Source of the DNA: an uncultured virus (IMG/VR IMGVR_UViG_3300005253_000382)
Taxonomy: Duplodnaviria; Heunggongvirae; Uroviricota; Caudoviricetes
DNA: 64,000 bases
IMG/VR virus record: IMGVR_UViG_3300005253_000382
Span: 1 to 64,000 of that record
Strand: one strand, 5' to 3'
The notes beneath the pieces were generated by a model, which did not search any database, was not told the DNA's origin, and worked only from the letters and a program-made list of their open reading frames with translations. Positions 59,767 through 64,000 of the stretch are shown piece after piece; positions within the stretch are counted from its first letter, which is position 1; every line of letters starts with the position of its first letter. The position numbers and the translations under genes are program-made.

Positions 59767-60581
59767 TGGCCTATTCCAGGGATGGTGTGGATAAGGTCTA
59801 TCTCATTCACATCCTCCACACTCTTTTGGAACTCCTCGTAGAATCCCCATCTCTTATAAAATGTAATCATGTTCTCTGCGTTGAGTTCTTTCCCATCTAA
59901 AGTGTTATCCATCCTCGTAGCCTTCGGTGCGTGATAACCTACTCCATACCCGCAGTAAAATATATCCCATCCCTTATCTTTGACTACAAAGCAGTTATCT
60001 ATATCGTCTACACCCTTGAATCCGTTAAATAAATCCTCATCGAGATTTCCCTCAACCGCTTCCTTTCTTAAGAGAGCGAAAGCCCACTGGCAGGCATCCA
60101 CTTGATAAATACCTGTTAATCTGTGAGATGGTAAATCTCTCCCAATATCACAAGGAAGCCACTTATTCATCCTTATCCCAGCACTTTCAATAAGCCCTGT
60201 AGAGGGGTACAAGCACTTGAATCCGATAACCCCTATCTTGGGGTTTGATTCCATAAGTTTAAGGGCTTCAATCTCCCACTCAGGCTCTACGGTTACACTA
60301 TTCATTACAGTAGCCAGGTAGGGTGTTTTCATATGAGAGATTGCGATATTGAAGAATTGATTGCCGGATTTATACGGCTCATCTGAATGTATGAAAGTTA
60401 TGTTTCCATTACGCTGTTTCAGATCAGCCATATATAAGACGGTTAAATCCGTAGAGTCATCGACAACAATAAGATGGAAAGGAGAAGGTGTACAAAGATA
60501 AAGCCTCTCAATACACTTAACAGTTAGTTCAAGGTGTCCGTGTGTTGGTATTAATATATCCAGTTTATACTCATCCATCAC
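59763..60581 (-). CDS. Glycosyltransferase family 2
   Basis: DILIPT, IVVDDSTD, DDIDNC (ED.D-like), H motif. Confidence 0.85.
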   Translation of the reverse strand: MMDEYKLDILIPTHGHLELTVKCIERLYLCTPSPFHLIVVDDSTDLTVLYMADLKQRNGNITFIHSDEPYKSGNQFFNIAISHMKTPYLATVMNSVTVEPEWEIEALKLMESNPKIGVIGFKCLYPSTGLIESAGIRMNKWLPCDIGRDLPSHRLTGIYQVDACQWAFALLRKEAVEGNLDEDLFNGFKGVDDIDNCFVVKDKGWDIFYCGYGVGYHAPKATRMDNTLDGKELNAENMITFYKRWGFYEEFQKSVEDVNEIDLIHTIPGIGQ

Positions 60582-60603
60582 TCCGCCACATCCTCCTTTT
60601 CTT

Positions 60604-60628
60604 GGGAGGGGCTTTTACACCCCTCCCC
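60604..60628 (-). terminator. GC-rich hairpin after capsid-associated gene
   Basis: GGGAGGGG...CCCCTCCC. Confidence 0.5.
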
Positions 60629-60633
60629 ATAAT

Positions 60634-61425
60634 CTATTCCAGGTTCAAGTTCATCATGCCAAAGTTTTCAGCCGTTCCAGCAGCAGTCACGCAGTAACCG
60701 ACCTCAGCTTCAGTAGCCCACGACAGATTGTTAGCCGAAGCAGCGGCAAACCAAACACTGAAGGCACCAGCAGCTTGTGTAGCTGCAACTACAGGTAAGC
60801 CAACAACAGCCAAAGTAGCTGAAGCGAAGTACGCAACGTAACCCCTTCTCTGAATCCAACCGAAGGAATTGGCAGGGATAGCAGTAGGCGGAACACCCGC
60901 CAAAGCACCAACCCTGACTGTATCAGCAGTAGTGAGTAGTACATTCTTGTACTCATTCTGCCTTAAACCAGTCTTGGTAGTACCCCCTGCTATTGCAGTC
61001 TTGACGGGGTCACTCTGGTAAAGCGTGATACTGGCAGCAGCCGAACCGGCAGCAGCCGAACCATTAGCCCTTACCTTATAGACCTCGCCAACGCCACCAC
61101 CGGCACTTGAGGCAGTGGTGAAGTAGCCATCCTCAAACTGGTCTTTAGTAACAGCCGTAGTCCCGCCAGTAGTAATAGTGATAGCGGTAGCCCCAACAAC
61201 TGCACTACCTGTCACCAGTTGCTGTTGATACATAGTATCAGCAACCTGAGCCTCACCCTGATAAAGTTTACCAGCAATAAGCGCAGTGGCAGATGCCTGT
61301 ACGTGACGAAATATCCGTCCGTCTGGCAATTCCATTCTGGTTCCAAGAGGTAAGCCACCAATCTTAGCTGCAGCCGTTACCTTCTCATCCCCAAAACTTC
61401 CGTAAACCGTACTTGGATAACTCAT
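60634..61425 (-). CDS. Capsid decoration/cement-like protein B
   Basis: PLGTRMELPDGRIFR; FGWIQRRG; directly after MCP. Confidence 0.6.
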   Translation of the reverse strand: MSYPSTVYGSFGDEKVTAAAKIGGLPLGTRMELPDGRIFRHVQASATALIAGKLYQGEAQVADTMYQQQLVTGSAVVGATAITITTGGTTAVTKDQFEDGYFTTASSAGGGVGEVYKVRANGSAAAGSAAASITLYQSDPVKTAIAGGTTKTGLRQNEYKNVLLTTADTVRVGALAGVPPTAIPANSFGWIQRRGYVAYFASATLAVVGLPVVAATQAAGAFSVWFAAASANNLSWATEAEVGYCVTAAGTAENFGMMNLNLE

Positions 61426-61435
61426 TTATTCCTCC

Positions 61436-62329
61436 TTATGCAGGTGTAGTGGCATCATTGAACAGTTCGACTATCCAGCCTGGTAGATACTCACCAACCC
61501 CATATTCTCCAACGATATTGAGCTCCCACCCTCGTAGGGACGCATCCCTCTCAGGTTCGACCGACCACTCATTTGCAGTTGCTAGTATGATACCTCCACC
61601 CAAACCCGCAGCGAACACTCCACCCTTTCCAGCAGTAGAAGTGGCTATATCCAGGTTGCCATCTTCGACAATCGGCATCCCAAACAGCCTCCCGACACTG
61701 TAGTTCCTTAGAATGTCCTCAGCCCCACCACTCCATGCACCGGCAGCCGAAGCTGACCCAGCGATAGGAACCAGTGGTGTTACAATGTCCACCAAATCGA
61801 GTAAAGTGAACGGGTGGTGAACCATAACGTAGGGCATCGGGGCTGGCCCGCCAGTAGCCGTAGCATTACCCGAAAGTAACGCCCTGCCAGCAGCGATAGC
61901 TCCCATAGTCAGGGCTGTTGAACTACCACCAATGGACTCAGTAGCATCGTCTAACTGCCCCAGCAAGTCCTGGTCACGCTTCTTTTCCATTGCATCACCA
62001 AGTATCCTACCAGCAGCAGCCTGGACATCATTCATATTGTCTCTGATCAGTTTATCCGTTAGGATTATCTTGACACCCACTTCAGCAGGAGTAATCTGAA
62101 CATTGGTATCCTCCATAGCTGAAGCGTTAGTCATATCAACACCTTCGGTCAGACCAACAGCTATGACCTCACCCCAGTAGGGAATGTTGACAGTTTTTCC
62201 GTCTCCTTTTTCCTTGGTGATTTTCCATACTAAAGAAGCCATAACAGCCTTAAACTGTGCCGTAAATCTAGCTTGCTCTATGACTGTTGGGATAGTATCA
62301 CCAAGTTCAGCAGTTGTGGTAATTGTCAT
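61436..62329 (-). CDS. Major capsid protein B
   Basis: GKTVNIPYW, LTEGVD, ITPAEVG...LTD, LFGMPIVEDGN, ERDASLR, YGVGE. Confidence 0.85.
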   Translation of the reverse strand: MTITTTAELGDTIPTVIEQARFTAQFKAVMASLVWKITKEKGDGKTVNIPYWGEVIAVGLTEGVDMTNASAMEDTNVQITPAEVGVKIILTDKLIRDNMNDVQAAAGRILGDAMEKKRDQDLLGQLDDATESIGGSSTALTMGAIAAGRALLSGNATATGGPAPMPYVMVHHPFTLLDLVDIVTPLVPIAGSASAAGAWSGGAEDILRNYSVGRLFGMPIVEDGNLDIATSTAGKGGVFAAGLGGGIILATANEWSVEPERDASLRGWELNIVGEYGVGEYLPGWIVELFNDATTPA

Positions 62330-62348
62330 CCAATTACCTCCTTATATT

Positions 62349-63011
62349 TTATCTTCCTTCGCTTGCACGAAGTTCCATATATCTTTCTTTAACTTTAGGG
62401 TCATCAGGATTCTTGATATAATCCTCAATGATTTTCTCCCTGCCTTTACCACCAATCGTCCTATTAGAATCAACTTTAAGGGTTTTCTCCTCACCCTTCT
62501 TGGGAAGCTCTCCAGCTATCTCCTCTATCGCTTCAAGTGACCAGTCTGTACGTTTAGCGAGTTTAACGAGTGACTTCTTGTCTACATTAAGACGTTCAGC
62601 TACCTCACTTGCAGTTTCTTCTCCTTTTAAGCTAGCTTCTATCTTCTCGTATCCTTGAAGTTTCTCATTTACCTCGTCTCGTTCTAAGGTCATTGATTCA
62701 AGGTTGGATTCAGCCGTTCTGCGTGTTTGCCTTTCTGTGATAGCACTTAACTGCTCGGTATTCCCTTCAGCAGCCTTTATCTCTGCTTCGTCTGATTCCT
62801 TTTGAATCCTGTCTAACCTTGCAGTTATCCTTTGGGAATTACTGATGAGTTTTGCGTTCTCAGTTCTTAATCTACCAACCTCAACTAACCCATCACTTTT
62901 TCCCTTACGCTCTGCTTCCTCAAGTTTCTTGGTAAAAGTCTCGGTGTCCTGTGAAGTCTCCTTTGACTCAACAGAAGTATCGTCCTGCTTCGTCTCTAGT
63001 TCGTCCGGCAT
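62349..63011 (-). CDS. Capsid scaffolding protein B
   Basis: Acidic coiled coil upstream of MCP. Confidence 0.7.
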   Translation of the reverse strand: MPDELETKQDDTSVESKETSQDTETFTKKLEEAERKGKSDGLVEVGRLRTENAKLISNSQRITARLDRIQKESDEAEIKAAEGNTEQLSAITERQTRRTAESNLESMTLERDEVNEKLQGYEKIEASLKGEETASEVAERLNVDKKSLVKLAKRTDWSLEAIEEIAGELPKKGEEKTLKVDSNRTIGGKGREKIIEDYIKNPDDPKVKERYMELRASEGR

Positions 63012-63030
63012 ATCTCCTCCTATTTTTTGA

Positions 63031-63071
63031 TAATAAAAAAGCCGAATCAGAATTTAATCCAATTCGGCTAT
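63031..63071 (-). terminator. Terminator/attenuator upstream of scaffold B
   Basis: Minus strand: AGCCGAAT...ATTCGGCT followed by TTTTTATTA. Confidence 0.6.
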
Positions 63072-63088
63072 CGTTCTCGATTAACCTG

Positions 63089-63172
63089 CTTGCTGGCTGG
63101 TTTTATTTAGGCTCTAAGCCAAAGGATTCTCAATAAAGCGGTATATCCTCTTTCATTACCGCCACCAGCAAG
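63089..63172 (-). ncRNA. Structured RNA element related to 14179-14304
   Basis: CTTGCTGG TGGCGG...CCAGCAAG after GAACATTAACAATAGAATAA. Confidence 0.5.
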
Positions 63173-63313
63173 TTATTCTATTGTTAATGTTCAGTCTAAC
63201 TTCGTGTCGTGCTTGATAGGACTTACCATAACAGGTTGCCCATCCTTCACAACAACCTCAACCTTGCCCCATCCGAACTCTTTACAGTATTCTAAAGTAA
63301 ATCACAATCATTT

Positions 63314-64000
63314 TTACTTGTCAAGTTCTTGTAACTCTCTTCTCTTTCTTTCTAGTTCCCCAAGTGATGAAGGCGTACCTTTTCTTTTAGGCGCTACTCT
63401 TGCTCTTGGCTTGCCATTTCTCTCCTCAAATGGCTTCCACTTACCTAATCTAACGCCCTCAGCGTCGAATTTAAGGTCATTACCCCTAAAAGCATACCTA
63501 GCAGCACCTAACTCCTGTTTCTCATACTCAACGAGCTTCTCTTCAAATTCTACAGTAGGTATTTTATCGAAGTCTATTTCCTGATTACCCAGTATACCTA
63601 GCCAGACATTATTATAATAATCCTCATTATCTCTCAGAAGTCTCTCTTGGTCAAAACCCGTTCTCGGTAATGAATAATATTGCAGGTATGTTCCTTCAAG
63701 ATTCTCCGGAACCCCTATTTCGATAGCCTGAATCAATCTCTCATCCTTTACCCATTGGGGATGAGTTAAGTCAAAAGCCTCACGTTCTTCGTCAGTCTCC
63801 AGTGCTTCCCTTTGCTCACTTAATTCTCTACCTTTAACTTTTAATTCCAACCGTCTAACAGAATCGTCTATTTCATCTAAACCACGCCATTCTCGGTATT
63901 TGGCATCCTTAGCTAGAATAAGGCGAGCCTCAGCACTGTTGGCACCAAACTCCTTAACGGCATCAAGGTAATTAGTGTGAGATACCTCTGAACCTTTGGG
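63314..64000 (-). CDS. C-terminal part of large internal virion protein B (starts outside window)
   Basis: Helical acidic ORF in the same position as 15473-19381. Confidence 0.55.
   Translation of the reverse strand, partial: PKGSEVSHTNYLDAVKEFGANSAEARLILAKDAKYREWRGLDEIDDSVRRLELKVKGRELSEQREALETDEEREAFDLTHPQWVKDERLIQAIEIGVPENLEGTYLQYYSLPRTGFDQERLLRDNEDYYNNVWLGILGNQEIDFDKIPTVEFEEKLVEYEKQELGAARYAFRGNDLKFDAEGVRLGKWKPFEERNGKPRARVAPKRKGTPSSLGELERKRRELQELDK

Noticed and set aside
63193..63297. DUF2292-like small ORF (LEYCKEFGWGKVEVVVKDGQP...)
   Set aside because: No in-frame start codon found for the conserved-looking part; may be a frameshifted remnant, so not called.

Overview
The window is entirely bacteriophage DNA with podovirus-like architecture (no tape measure or major tail tube recognised). 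No integrase, DNA polymerase, RT, CRISPR or rRNA was seen. Layout: (i) 1-26.5 kb, minus-strand morphogenesis module A: small and large terminase, portal, large internal proteins, scaffold, major capsid protein, tandem decoration-like paralogues, adaptor, tail. (ii) 26.6-29.45 kb, plus-strand island of small early genes. (iii) 29.5-41.5 kb, minus-strand early/replication region: RecA-fold helicase with adjacent iterons, NinG, metallophosphoesterase, radical SAM, YopX, HNH, GIY-YIG. (iv) 41.8-64 kb, a second, divergent morphogenesis module B: scaffold, capsid, adaptor, tail fibres, holin-like genes, with an embedded sugar-modification cluster (GT2, two B12 radical SAMs, a further radical SAM, HddA-like kinase, cupin, minimal TPP E1 alpha/beta). 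Most notable: (1) unrelated small cargo genes are repeatedly framed by the same short 5' and 3' DNA arms, which translate as the termini of an MT-A70-type methyltransferase (MKKYQIIYA... / ...WGNEVESDIE), suggesting a cassette-exchange system; (2) a family of boxA-like-motif-plus-structured or tRNA-like RNA elements, with covarying stems upstream of both scaffold genes; (3) two capsid/tail modules on one scaffold; (4) a likely AUU-initiated tail gene. A Nextera adapter next to an N-gap (55921-55979) shows the assembly has artefacts, so chimerism must be excluded. All product calls come from motif recognition and synteny, not database searches.
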